A stretch of 64,000 nt of DNA from a virus. The position numbers were made by a program, and so were the translations under genes. Position 1 is the stretch's first letter. Every line of letters begins with the position of its first letter. Below are positions 26,159-35,628 of the stretch, one piece after another. The notes beneath the pieces were generated by a model. It saw only the letters and a program-made list of their open reading frames with translations. It ran no database searches and had not been told where the DNA came from. The stretch covers positions 7,669-71,668 of the IMG/VR virus record IMGVR_UViG_3300003323_000307; one strand, written 5' to 3'.

Positions 26159-27257
26159 GATATTCCTCCAGTGTCCTCTGGAGATCCTCCAGGGAAGCTA
26201 TGTTGGTGGGGGTGATGCCCCTGACGGCTTGCTGTGTCCCGTATGTACCCACTTGGTACCGCTGTGAAACCAGGAGTTCTACATCGTCGTCACGATCCAT
26301 GGCGGTGCAGAGGTCAGAGACGAGGCAGCGGTCACAGGCAGAGCGGTTAGGGATGATGCCTGGTTCACTACCACTAAAGGCTTCAGCGACCACCTGATCC
26401 AGAACATCGCGCTCCCAGTTGACAAGTTCAACCAAGGTGGGACGGAAGATCTCGCGCACGAAGAAACGAGAGTCTCCAGACTGTTCACGGTCATGCAGCA
26501 TGGTGATGTAGTCGGTGTACTGTACTGGGTCATGATTGCCGTAGTTCAGTGCTTTCATGAAGGACTTGTAAGTGACAGAAGCGTTCTTGTCCACTGAGAG
26601 CTTACCGCTCTTCAAGACCCTGGGCTCTGTGATCAGCCTCTTCATGATGATGTTATAAACCGTACCTGCTGGTTTCTGCCCTGTCAATACCGTGAACGCC
26701 CAGTTGTAGCCTATGTGCTGATTACTGCGTTCGTACTGGTTGAAGTCAGGTGTACGGCCAGAGGTCTTGTTCTCGATGAGGTAGAACTGAGACTCTGTTT
26801 CCAGGTCTACGGCGATGTGGTCAAAGGTGCCTACGAAGTTGACGTCGTCTGAAATCCTGATATTGAAGGGAACCTCAGAAGCTACTATTCGAAGACCTAA
26901 ATCTTTATAGGGGTTTTCGGTTCCATAATGATCAAAATACTGGTGTACAAGGCTTCGTGCCAGGTTAACACCAGATTCAAACTCTTCCATTTCAGAGTCC
27001 CACGGGAGGACTCCCACAGCTTCCTCATAAGCCATCCGTCGATCTGCCCGCTCAACGTTGACAAATTCTTCGAAAGCTTCATACGGGTCGTCCCCATTAC
27101 TCTGCGCTTCGATTGCAGCATGTACAGCCGAGCCAATCGTGAGGTAAATCTTGGGGGAGACTTTGTGCCTCAGAGACTGTCGGTTCGCTGAACTGATATC
27201 CCACGCCCGGCGACATGTCAAGTAGCTGTTGATTTCGCTGACACTCAAATTGATCAT
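26124..27257 (-). CDS. Cas4/RecB-like PD-(D/E)xK exonuclease
   Basis: S.SEINSYLTCRR, GSAVH, GTFD...ENKTS, CDRC....C. Confidence 0.85.
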   Translation of the reverse strand: MINLSVSEINSYLTCRRAWDISSANRQSLRHKVSPKIYLTIGSAVHAAIEAQSNGDDPYEAFEEFVNVERADRRMAYEEAVGVLPWDSEMEEFESGVNLARSLVHQYFDHYGTENPYKDLGLRIVASEVPFNIRISDDVNFVGTFDHIAVDLETESQFYLIENKTSGRTPDFNQYERSNQHIGYNWAFTVLTGQKPAGTVYNIIMKRLITEPRVLKSGKLSVDKNASVTYKSFMKALNYGNHDPVQYTDYITMLHDREQSGDSRFFVREIFRPTLVELVNWERDVLDQVVAEAFSGSEPGIIPNRSACDRCLVSDLCTAMDRDDDVELLVSQRYQVGTYGTQQAVRGITPTNIASLEDLQRTLEEYRANRAEGSSGS

Positions 27258-27465
27258 ACAGCTCCCCTATAGCTGTCATAAATTGGACAAATTCTGCAAT
27301 CTTTAACTGCTTTTGAATCCAGTCCCAGTAATCCATCAGGGGTTCAGAGCTGCTTCCAGTTTGGTCTTGAGAGCATCCATGCGGGTTATCTCCAGCCTGG
27401 TCATATCTACCCAGGTGTAGGCAGCTACAGCTTCCTCAAGAAGCTCCAGCTCCTCATCTGTGAAA

Positions 27466-27852
27466 TCAAGGGCACACAACTCGGGTTATCCCGCTTTCTT
27501 CAATGAACCGGCTGCAATCCGAGCACGGGGCGAATGTCACATAAATGGTGCAGTCTTCTACTCTCATCCCCCTCCGATGTGCGTCGATGATTGCGTTCAC
27601 TTCTGCATGGAAACCCTTGCAGTTGCTGTACGAACCATAAGCAGGAAGTTCATCATATGTCAAGGCCCCCCGAGGACAACCACCATCCGAACAGTTCACC
27701 TCACCCGCTTGAGTGCCGTTATACCCAAGCGAAATGACATGGTGGGTCTCATCCATGATGCACGCGCCTACTTGACGCCTTCGGCAAGCAGCACGGAGCT
27801 TGGCTGTCTCAGCCATAGCCAAGCCATACTGGTCCCATGAGAGACGGCTCAC
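27466..27852 (-). CDS. dCMP deaminase
   Basis: CRRRQVGA, GYNG, HAEVNA, PCSDC. Confidence 0.9.
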   Translation of the reverse strand: MSRLSWDQYGLAMAETAKLRAACRRRQVGACIMDETHHVISLGYNGTQAGEVNCSDGGCPRGALTYDELPAYGSYSNCKGFHAEVNAIIDAHRRGMRVEDCTIYVTFAPCSDCSRFIEESGITRVVCP

Positions 27853-28034
27853 TCACCACCCCGCTGCACGAACCCTGCCACAAACTCTTGGGCATTCTCT
27901 TCAAGCACGTCATCTATCTCATCAAGAATATCCATAGTAGATTCTTCCAGCTCCTCATTACTGAGGTCCTTAGCTTCTACCTCTTCAGCCTCTTCGGTTG
28001 TCCCGGTACTCTTGGTTTTCTGGTCCTGGCCCAT
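27849..28034 (-). CDS. pup: prokaryotic ubiquitin-like protein Pup (phage-encoded)
   Basis: 61 aa starting MGQDQK; acidic N-terminal half; ILDEIDDVLEENAQEFVAGFVQRGGE matches the Pup signature LLDEIDDVLEENAE.FV..YVQKGG(Q/E). Confidence 0.93.
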   Translation of the reverse strand: MGQDQKTKSTGTTEEAEEVEAKDLSNEELEESTMDILDEIDDVLEENAQEFVAGFVQRGGE

Positions 28035-28308
28035 TTGGACCCCAATCTCTTTGATAGCAATAATCACAACCGGAGCACGAGTCAGCTTTTTTCTGGTTGC
28101 ATACCTTATGTACCAATTGTAGATTACCCGGGGAAGAGATTCCGCCATGCGACCGTGGGCGGATGTGATCTATGTTCACGGCGTCGGTAAACAACTGTCT
28201 CTGGCGGATCTGGCGCCCACATATCCCGCACCGGTAGCGTTGGCTTATCCACAACCGCTTTTTCGGGTGTACCCAATTCTTAGGCTTCCATTTCTTCTTG
28301 CGGCTCAT
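27985..28308 (-). CDS. HNH endonuclease (McrA-type)
   Basis: CGICG..NIDHIRPRSHGG..NLQLVHKVCN. Confidence 0.85.
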   Translation of the reverse strand: MSRKKKWKPKNWVHPKKRLWISQRYRCGICGRQIRQRQLFTDAVNIDHIRPRSHGGISSPGNLQLVHKVCNQKKADSCSGCDYCYQRDWGPNGPGPENQEYRDNRRG

Positions 28309-28311
28309 AGA

Positions 28312-29687
28312 TCATTCGTCCCTCGCCCACTTGGCCATAGCTTCCGCAATACCGGAGAAACGGCCATCCAGGACTTGCTTGATGGCCATGTCTACTGACC
28401 CTTTGGCTCGGACGTGGTGCACCTGCACGACGCGTCCTTGCCCCCTCCTGCACACCCGTTTAATGGTTTGCTCGATATCGGCAGGTAGTTCGGAGTGTTC
28501 GAGGAAGACGACGTCTGTAGCTTCTGTGAGGCTGATGCCTTCTTTGAGGCTTGGGATGGTCGCGACAAGAACTTGCGGACCATCACTAGCTCGCCATTCT
28601 GCAATGACAGATTCACGCCTTCCTGGGAGAACGGAACCTGTGACAAGTACCGCTTGGCTGCCCAGAGCATCAGCGATCGCGCCAGCCGAATCTTTATACC
28701 ATACGTAAACCACCACTTTAGATCGGCGATCTGTGAGGAAATCTTTGAGCCAATCGATTTTCGGGTTAGCTTTCGTAGGCGGTACAGTCGCAATCTGACG
28801 CTGTTTGACATAGAGAGCACCAGAGCCTTTGAGAAATTCAGTATGTGCCAGATCTTCATGCTCCAGTACATAATCCTTCTTCGCTTTCTTGATCATCTTG
28901 ACTACCGAGGCAGGCAGCTCCACCTGGTATTCATGCTCCTGATATTCCAGGCTGGCTAGCTGCGGGATCTCAGCCACCGTACGACGCATGCTGAACTGGG
29001 CAAGCTCTTGCTTGAACTGCTCTACGTAGTCTTTGCGTATGTTGCCGACTGTGGTTGACCAGGGATTTGTATAGACCACACACCGGTCGTTGACAAATTT
29101 CCAGTACGAGGAGTATTTCTTTTTATCGTAAAGATGAAAATACGGGAAGAAGTCTCCGCCATCACGCACAAACGGGGTACCCGTAAGAACCCAGATGGGT
29201 GTTTCCCGGTTACTACTAGCAGATAGTCTCGTTTTAAAGGTATGCTTCGTCCACGCAGAATTACGGCCACGGAGTCTGTGCCCCTCATCGAAGATGTACG
29301 CTGACCACTTACGGCCTACAAGTAGTCCCCCGTACGTATAGTCTCGACCTTTTTTCGCCGCCCAGTTGTGGTAAGACGTGAGTATGAAATCCGCGTTGCT
29401 CGAAAGTGCTTCGCTACGAAGTTCAGTACCGGATCCGTCAGCCGATACCACAGTGGCATCCGGGCAGAAGGCATTGATCTCCTTTACGGTATTAGGTATA
29501 AGGTACGCTGGGCATGTCCATAGAACTGGGTTTCCAGTCCTCTGGATAAGTTCCCAACCTGCCATAATACTAGGTCCAGTTTTCCCAACTAAACTCCGGG
29601 CTCATCAAAAAGCCCGGCAAACCTCCCTGAGTTAAGTAGGAAGTCTCTAGACTCTACCTGGTAGTCATCCAGAATTTTTTCTGGCAT
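28312..29687 (-). CDS. SNF2-family helicase with Walker A interrupted by a stop and frame change at 29587-29594
   Basis: 5' piece MPEKILDDYQ...FDEPGV* (29687-29589); 3' frame GKT..., DEGH, LTGTP, EGISL, Q...RVCRRGQ. Confidence 0.85.
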
Positions 29688-30111
29688 AGTAGTTTCTCCA
29701 AGCCTCATTTTTGCAGATACGACATTGAGTATACCCATCAGCTCTTGGAGTACTATTTGCTTTGGTGAGAAGGTGGCCCTTTAGACACCGGAATCTTCGG
29801 GGTCTACGTTGGCAATTTTCCTTTGGGGTTACCAAGTCTAAGTGTCTCGGGTTTACACAGTCCCTATATCTACATTTGTGATCCAATTGCATATTATTAG
29901 GCTTGGGTCCATTAAATTGTTCCCAAGAAAATACGTGAGCCTTAACCGATTTCCTGTGATGTACTGCAAAAACTCCATAACCTTGTTGCACTGACCCTAA
30001 CCAGTGCCAACAGCCTTCAGTCTTCTGGACTTTACTCCAGAATCTATCTACAGGGTCGGTTAATATAAATCTACCTGAACCATCCCTTGTTGTCACTGAC
30101 CCTTCTTCCAT
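29665..30111 (-). CDS. HNH homing endonuclease
   Basis: RFWSKV..CWHW..GYG..LDHKC...CVNPRHL; CLKGH..CRIC. Confidence 0.9.
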   Translation of the reverse strand: MEEGSVTTRDGSGRFILTDPVDRFWSKVQKTEGCWHWLGSVQQGYGVFAVHHRKSVKAHVFSWEQFNGPKPNNMQLDHKCRYRDCVNPRHLDLVTPKENCQRRPRRFRCLKGHLLTKANSTPRADGYTQCRICKNEAWRNYYARKNSG

Positions 30112-30389
30112 CGGACTATCTTCACCAGGTAGGAGGGAGAGCCACAGGTTTTACATACCGCAGAATCTTTGTCGAAAATACCCTCTCCATAAGCTTCTCG
30201 AAGAGCGTTTCCATCCGCCTCGCAGAAGTACCAGTCCGCAGGCCAGCATTCGCACGACCAGTTATAGGTGGCTTTCCAAGTAGCTTCCTTGTCACACCCA
30301 CCAATAGCCATGCACGGTTCGGCCTCATCCTCCGAGAACTCCACCCAGGTTAGGTCCAGAGGATTTGTTGTGTGAGTAGGGGTAGTCAC
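30093..30389 (-). CDS. hypothetical Cys-rich protein
   Basis: GTGA-coupled ORF. Confidence 0.5.
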   Translation of the reverse strand: MTTPTHTTNPLDLTWVEFSEDEAEPCMAIGGCDKEATWKATYNWSCECWPADWYFCEADGNALREAYGEGIFDKDSAVCKTCGSPSYLVKIVRWKKGQ

Positions 30390-31459
30390 TTGTTCTTCTG
30401 CCTCTCTACATAGCGCCGCTGGTTTTCACGTCGGCAGACCTTGCACCGGAGAGCCCCGTCAAGGCCCACCTTCTCCTTCAGATGACCCTTAGGGCAATGT
30501 GTGGTGGGCTTACGTCCACCCTTACGGGCATGGCCTGTCTTCTTACGTTCGTTGACTCCCTGTGCGGCAGCAGACTTGCAAGTGCTGCATGACCGGTACC
30601 AGTACCCACCTTCACGACGAGCTACTACCGTATTTTCCGGGGTCCGCTCATGGTTCTTGGTGCAAGTACCATGGTAAGGATCCACCACAATGTGAGCCTG
30701 GTTCACAGCGCGCTGGATCATCATATTGCCATGGGCAGATGGATGGTCCGTGTTCCCGTAGTGGCGCCCGATATCCGTGGGGGAGTAACCCTCTGCAAAA
30801 TACATATACAGCACTGTACGGTGCTGTTCTGTGAGCTGGGAGAGGACTTCCTTGAAGTGCTGGTCTTCTACAAAGAGGTCTTCAAAGGACTCCCGGAGTT
30901 CCAGTTTGGGGTTGTCCGACCAATGGCGGTTACTGGACTCCACCCCCGCCTCTGAGTAAGTCATCAGCTCCAGTGACATGGTCGAATAGTGGTTCCAGTC
31001 CATACGCCCGTCCGGGCGGTAGACCATGTGATCCACCCGGCCTTCCCGGATGTCCTTGAGGATCTTCTGAGCACTGGAGTGATTGATACCCAGAGCATCC
31101 GAGACTGTCTTAGGAGTCGGCCAGACACCTTCACGGAGACCCTTGGTCTCTTCCAGATAAGCCTTGACCTTCTCCACGGTTGCCTGGTTTGTCCGAAGCC
31201 CGTCCCGGGACTTCTTGGGCTTACCGAAGGAGTATTCACCGTTCCTGTGAAGATACTTTTCGGCTGACATCTTGGCCCGACGGAGAACCTTGAGCTTGGG
31301 GGTTACCCCTGCCTGCACATCCCGCCAAGCCTGAATAAGGCCCTCCTGGAATGCGTCGTTGTACATCTCCGGTAGATGCTTGCGCCACTTAGCCAAGGAT
31401 ACCGTGAGGTAGGATACTACCTCATTGTGAATTTCGTCGTACGTTGTGTAATCACTCAT
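30386..31459 (-). CDS. RNA polymerase sigma-factor-like protein with two C-terminal Zn-finger modules
   Basis: Region 2-like DAFQEGLIQAW; region 3-like WPTPKTVSDALGI; region 4-like LSQLTEQHRTVLYMYFAEGYSPTDIG; start MSDYTT after a GGAGG RBS. Confidence 0.75.
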   Translation of the reverse strand: MSDYTTYDEIHNEVVSYLTVSLAKWRKHLPEMYNDAFQEGLIQAWRDVQAGVTPKLKVLRRAKMSAEKYLHRNGEYSFGKPKKSRDGLRTNQATVEKVKAYLEETKGLREGVWPTPKTVSDALGINHSSAQKILKDIREGRVDHMVYRPDGRMDWNHYSTMSLELMTYSEAGVESSNRHWSDNPKLELRESFEDLFVEDQHFKEVLSQLTEQHRTVLYMYFAEGYSPTDIGRHYGNTDHPSAHGNMMIQRAVNQAHIVVDPYHGTCTKNHERTPENTVVARREGGYWYRSCSTCKSAAAQGVNERKKTGHARKGGRKPTTHCPKGHLKEKVGLDGALRCKVCRRENQRRYVERQKNK

Positions 31460-31510
31460 ATTGCCCTCCAACACGAGTGTGCCCAGGCTAACACCTGGGC
31501 AAACATAAGA

Positions 31511-31552
31511 CAATCCCCCTGTCAGGACTTGAGTCAACCGACAGGGGGATTG
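31511..31552. terminator. hairpin (terminator or regulatory site) upstream of the sigma gene
   Basis: CAATCCCCCTGTC...GACAGGGGGATTG inverted repeat. Confidence 0.5.
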
Positions 31553-31782
31553 GTCAGGGGTGACGGGTCAGGTTCTCCAATTTGACCTTGGACATCTGCA
31601 TATAGACACCTGAGCCATTCAGACGTCCGGGGTCATCGTAGTCCAAGGCGCTGTAGATGATCCCCATCTTTTCATTGCAGACCCAGCACAGTTCGTCCCC
31701 GGTGCCGTTCCCATAGACATCGCAGCAACGGAAGAATCTGTACGTCGGGTTACCTGACATATTGTGATATTTCGCCCAGTGC

Positions 31783-31992
31783 TCAAATAGAGTTGGCTGA
31801 GATGGAGGGCCTGGCATTGATAAGTTCCCTCTCATCATTTGCGATGATCCACCCCTGAGCATGAAGCATGACGCTATGCTTGGAGTAGTGGTGTGCACAG
31901 AGATCCAGTTGTCCATGAGTTACATGGTTGACAGATACCCAGGCTTCAGAGTAGCAGTTGTCGCATCGAACAGTCTTGTCACGCATTGTCAT
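31783..31992 (-). CDS. small actinobacterial-type Zn-binding protein
   Basis: CDNC..AWV..LDLCAHH. Confidence 0.55.
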   Translation of the reverse strand: MTMRDKTVRCDNCYSEAWVSVNHVTHGQLDLCAHHYSKHSVMLHAQGWIIANDERELINARPSISANSI

Positions 31993-32389
31993 CAGTCCTT
32001 ATCAAGCCGTTGGTGTAGATGAGCTGACTCTTTTCACGCACGTATCTGTGTGAATACTCAGGTATCACTATTAACCAGAAAGCTATCTGCTCTTCCCTGG
32101 TCATATTGAATCGTTCGTGGTTGGGTTTGGGAGTCATCTCATGTTTCCTGCTTTCTAAAAACCTCCGGTCTTGCTGGGCTTAACGAGTGTGATCCAATCG
32201 TGATTACCGTCCTGGGACTCTGTGCAATAACGGTGAGAGTTTATAAGAAACTCATCGCAGTAAAAGCATTTGTCCACAGGCTTCAGATTCCATTCCGTTT
32301 CTTCGAGAATCTCGCCATCGAAAGTGAGGAATTTACGGATCATCGGTATTCTCCTTTGGTCACTAGGTTTTCCCAGTGCCTTTATTTTA

Positions 32390-34675
32390 TCAGGAGATGT
32401 CTTGCGTGTTTTCTGGTACAATCCTCAAGCTCTTACCATCTTCCTCAACCCAGCCATCTCGGAATGCCTGGCTGAGAGCCGCCTCAAAGTTGCTACGGTC
32501 TTTCTGTGGAAGACGGCGACGTACATTCCCCTTTGTAGTAGGACCCTCCAGAAGGTACTTCACAATGAGCTTGGCTACTCTTGTGTTGTCCTTTTCCGCG
32601 TTGGTCTTCTTGTCATGCATCTGAAGCTCTCGGGAGATCTTCTCCTGAGCCTGAGCCTCTTGCTTCTTCCACTGCTCTGTGCGGTAGAACTGCCATGCCT
32701 TGTCATGGACTGTGAGGGAGGTCTCATACATCAGCTTAGCAAGGTCCCAGTCATCTGTATCGACATGGGTCCTGCCCTCGAAGAGGGCAAGCACACCAGC
32801 CAGCTTGCAGAGCTGTAGTGGCTCGTGTGAGCGGATCAGTTCTGCCTCCACCTGCCCTGTCACCTGCAACCAGACCCGACGCCTCAGTTCATTGCGAATG
32901 GTTTGGGAGAAGGTGATATTACCTTGGGGATTATAGAGGAGACGGGGGAGTACATGGTCCGGGGGTTCTACGGCCTCCTCTGGGACACTGGAGTCATTGG
33001 CAGAGACCCATAGAATACGTTGTGGTAGACCCAGGCCAACCAATTCAAGGATAGGGGTCACGGTATGGAGCTGAAAACCCATGACAACGCCCAGGTTATA
33101 CGATCCGTCCTCTACCTGACGAGAGGTTTCCTTGGAGGCGTTGGCCATACCCATGGTCTCACCCTTCCAGGCGGAACACAGGGAGGTGGCCAGAGTGGCC
33201 CCCTTCCTCTCCATGATGGTTGCTACCTGCTGCCCTTCTTCAGCAGAAAAGAACGCATTATGGCGAGCCTGCTTGCGAATCTGTACAGATTTTCCGTCCG
33301 GACCATCTTCCTTGACGTTGTCCATAAAGGCTTCGATGATGCCCTCACCCGTACCGATACCAAGCCCATCCTTGAAAGGCTCTACCTCAAATGTGGAACG
33401 GAGCCTTCGCGGGACTGTGAGAATGTCCCGGGACACTGCTGCTGAGTGGCCCTTACCCCCACCGGAGGCAGCGAGAGAGACGACAATCATGTTGAGTGGA
33501 GCAAGCCCAATGCCATTGTCAAGCTTGACGTTGTGGTCCAGCATCGCCACGAATCGGGCCATGACCTGTCCAAGTACAGCATCCGCACTAGCACAGCGGG
33601 AGTGGGCGTGCTGTCGCAGAGTGCGGAGAGATTCCCGGGATTCCCAGAACTCATCTGGAAGGCACGGAACGGTGTTGGCTTTCTTTGATACCGTGATCGT
33701 GTCATCTGTGCCCTGGCTCTTGAACTTGGGCAGAGGAGGGGGTGTGCCGTCCTTGGATTTCGACAACACCCGGCTGACCTCATTCGTTATACGAGACTCA
33801 TTGTGGTTGTACTTCTGTGCAAATGGTGATTTGTACAGGTACCCAGCAATGTTATCAGGTGAGACACCATGAGAGTCAAGTGCACGAATTACGGAGTAAA
33901 TAGCCTCTGAACGCTGTTTGCGAGGGGCTCCGGACATCAGCCACTGCTTGTGGATGGGGGCCAGGTCAGCAGGGAGATCATCCCAGGACACATCCGTTTG
34001 CGGCATACACACGTCTACCGTATTGGATGTGTACCGCCACATGTCGTGTGACGGTTCGGGCAAGGTACCTTCGATCTCGTCCAGATTGTATACAGCTGTG
34101 GCATCCGTATATACAATACCAGGCTTCCAGTTATTACGGCCCGGTTTTGCATTCACACCGAAGGGGAGCCGCAGAAGCTGGCCAGCATCCCAGCCGGAAT
34201 GATCAGCGTCCTGAATCCACTCAGAAATACTGGTGTTGTACTTCTGAATCAGTTCCTTGTTACGGAGGAAATCTGACAGAACCCAGTAGACATGAAATCT
34301 TCCGGGTGAAGATTCCACCACGATAGAAGGTTTCATGGGAACCTGCGTCAGCAGGTTCTCCAAGGTCATAGGGATATCTGTGTCAATATCCGCCCAGAGT
34401 ACCCAAGTACCTGAGATGGAAGTCCGCTTTCTGTCCAAGTCATTCCAGAACAAAGCGGGGCAAAACCAGACGTTGGAGTCTGCTACAGATTCCAGTGACT
34501 GAAGGTCAGAGTCCTCGGTGCCGAGATCACAGAAGACGTTGCGGTATACATCTCTAGGGGTGATGCACCCATAATAGTTCTTGGTGGCCTCATTACTTGT
34601 GGCCCAGATAATGTCAAGAAAATACTCGGTGGCCTCCGTACCGTTCCACGGAGGATTGTAGGTACGGGCGGTCAT
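32390..34675 (-). CDS. primase-helicase (RepB-like primase N-terminus, P-loop C-terminus)
   Basis: LWADID, VESSPGRFHVYW, LLRLP; ASGGGKG; TGEGI. Confidence 0.8.
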   Translation of the reverse strand: MTARTYNPPWNGTEATEYFLDIIWATSNEATKNYYGCITPRDVYRNVFCDLGTEDSDLQSLESVADSNVWFCPALFWNDLDRKRTSISGTWVLWADIDTDIPMTLENLLTQVPMKPSIVVESSPGRFHVYWVLSDFLRNKELIQKYNTSISEWIQDADHSGWDAGQLLRLPFGVNAKPGRNNWKPGIVYTDATAVYNLDEIEGTLPEPSHDMWRYTSNTVDVCMPQTDVSWDDLPADLAPIHKQWLMSGAPRKQRSEAIYSVIRALDSHGVSPDNIAGYLYKSPFAQKYNHNESRITNEVSRVLSKSKDGTPPPLPKFKSQGTDDTITVSKKANTVPCLPDEFWESRESLRTLRQHAHSRCASADAVLGQVMARFVAMLDHNVKLDNGIGLAPLNMIVVSLAASGGGKGHSAAVSRDILTVPRRLRSTFEVEPFKDGLGIGTGEGIIEAFMDNVKEDGPDGKSVQIRKQARHNAFFSAEEGQQVATIMERKGATLATSLCSAWKGETMGMANASKETSRQVEDGSYNLGVVMGFQLHTVTPILELVGLGLPQRILWVSANDSSVPEEAVEPPDHVLPRLLYNPQGNITFSQTIRNELRRRVWLQVTGQVEAELIRSHEPLQLCKLAGVLALFEGRTHVDTDDWDLAKLMYETSLTVHDKAWQFYRTEQWKKQEAQAQEKISRELQMHDKKTNAEKDNTRVAKLIVKYLLEGPTTKGNVRRRLPQKDRSNFEAALSQAFRDGWVEEDGKSLRIVPENTQDIS

Positions 34676-34974
34676 CAGTCACCTTCGGAGTCGAATTCAT
34701 CTATCATGGCGTGCAGTGCATCATCCTGCACAAAGCCCACATTTTCCACCTTGACCCCGAGAATAAGAGTCTTGATGATATCCTCTTGCTCTTCTGCTGT
34801 GGTAGTGGTTTCAGCCATTCGGAGAGCTGTGTATTTGGCTACCGTGTGAACCCATTGGCGGAGATCCACTTTATCCCAGTCAACTGGGACATCTACAGAA
34901 ATGTTGAAGGAGATGTTATGCCATTCGTCAGCCGGTACCACACCAGAGGGTTTATTACCATAAGGGCTGGTCAC
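34675..34974 (-). CDS. hypothetical protein
   Basis: Coupled acidic ORF. Confidence 0.5.
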   Translation of the reverse strand: MTSPYGNKPSGVVPADEWHNISFNISVDVPVDWDKVDLRQWVHTVAKYTALRMAETTTTAEEQEDIIKTLILGVKVENVGFVQDDALHAMIDEFDSEGD

Positions 34975-35300
34975 TGGTCGTCCTCATCGTCATCGTCGTC
35001 ATTGTCAACAGCCAGCCAATCAAGAATATCCTGGCTCTGCTGCTGCTGTTTGACAGCTTCCAGCATCCCTAGAACTTCCCAGGAAGATGACGGTTTGGTC
35101 GTCTCGTAATGGAGAACCCTGTTCCCCGTAGGGGTGATGGCCTCGACAATGAGAAGACCCTTTGTCATGACACTCCCTTTGTGGAAGTGCTTCCAGTAGT
35201 GCTCGACGATTTCGATAGGGTGTTCGAAGTCATCAGCTTCGTTGGAGGCATCGCCCATGTTATTGACAATATCCTCGAAGTTGTCTTTGTCTTCACTCAT
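34971..35300 (-). CDS. hypothetical acidic protein
   Basis: Coupled ORF; WEVLGML motif. Confidence 0.55.
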   Translation of the reverse strand: MSEDKDNFEDIVNNMGDASNEADDFEHPIEIVEHYWKHFHKGSVMTKGLLIVEAITPTGNRVLHYETTKPSSSWEVLGMLEAVKQQQQSQDILDWLAVDNDDDDDEDDQ

Positions 35301-35628
35301 TGTCGTTACCTAACTCTAGGGGGATTGCCTTCAATTTGATGAAACGATGGCTGGAACCCCTTCGGGTTCTCTGTGAAACAGTAAGTCCGCCCCATATTCC
35401 ATACTCGAAGCGTGCATCGCAGGCTTCTTTCAGACATTGGAGGCGGACTGGACATTGTGAGCAGATGGATACTGCTAGGATTTCATCCCCGGGCTCCTCG
35501 GAAAACCATAAGTCTACAAGACTAGGTTCTATCTGAACGAGTCTCCCGCATTCGGCACTGGACTGCCAAGAAAAGTAATCGTGGGCAGAGTCATCCGATG
35601 ACGCGTGATTGTCTCGGGCTTCTGCCAT
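35293..35628 (-). CDS. whiB: WhiB-family transcription factor
   Basis: W...A.C, ICSQCPVRLQC, YGIWGGLT..QR. Confidence 0.9.
   Translation of the reverse strand: MAEARDNHASSDDSAHDYFSWQSSAECGRLVQIEPSLVDLWFSEEPGDEILAVSICSQCPVRLQCLKEACDARFEYGIWGGLTVSQRTRRGSSHRFIKLKAIPLELGNDNE

Noticed and set aside
28035-28148. N-terminal extension of the Pup ORF in the ORF track
   Set aside because: It overlaps the HNH gene; ATG 28034 gives a typical Pup length.
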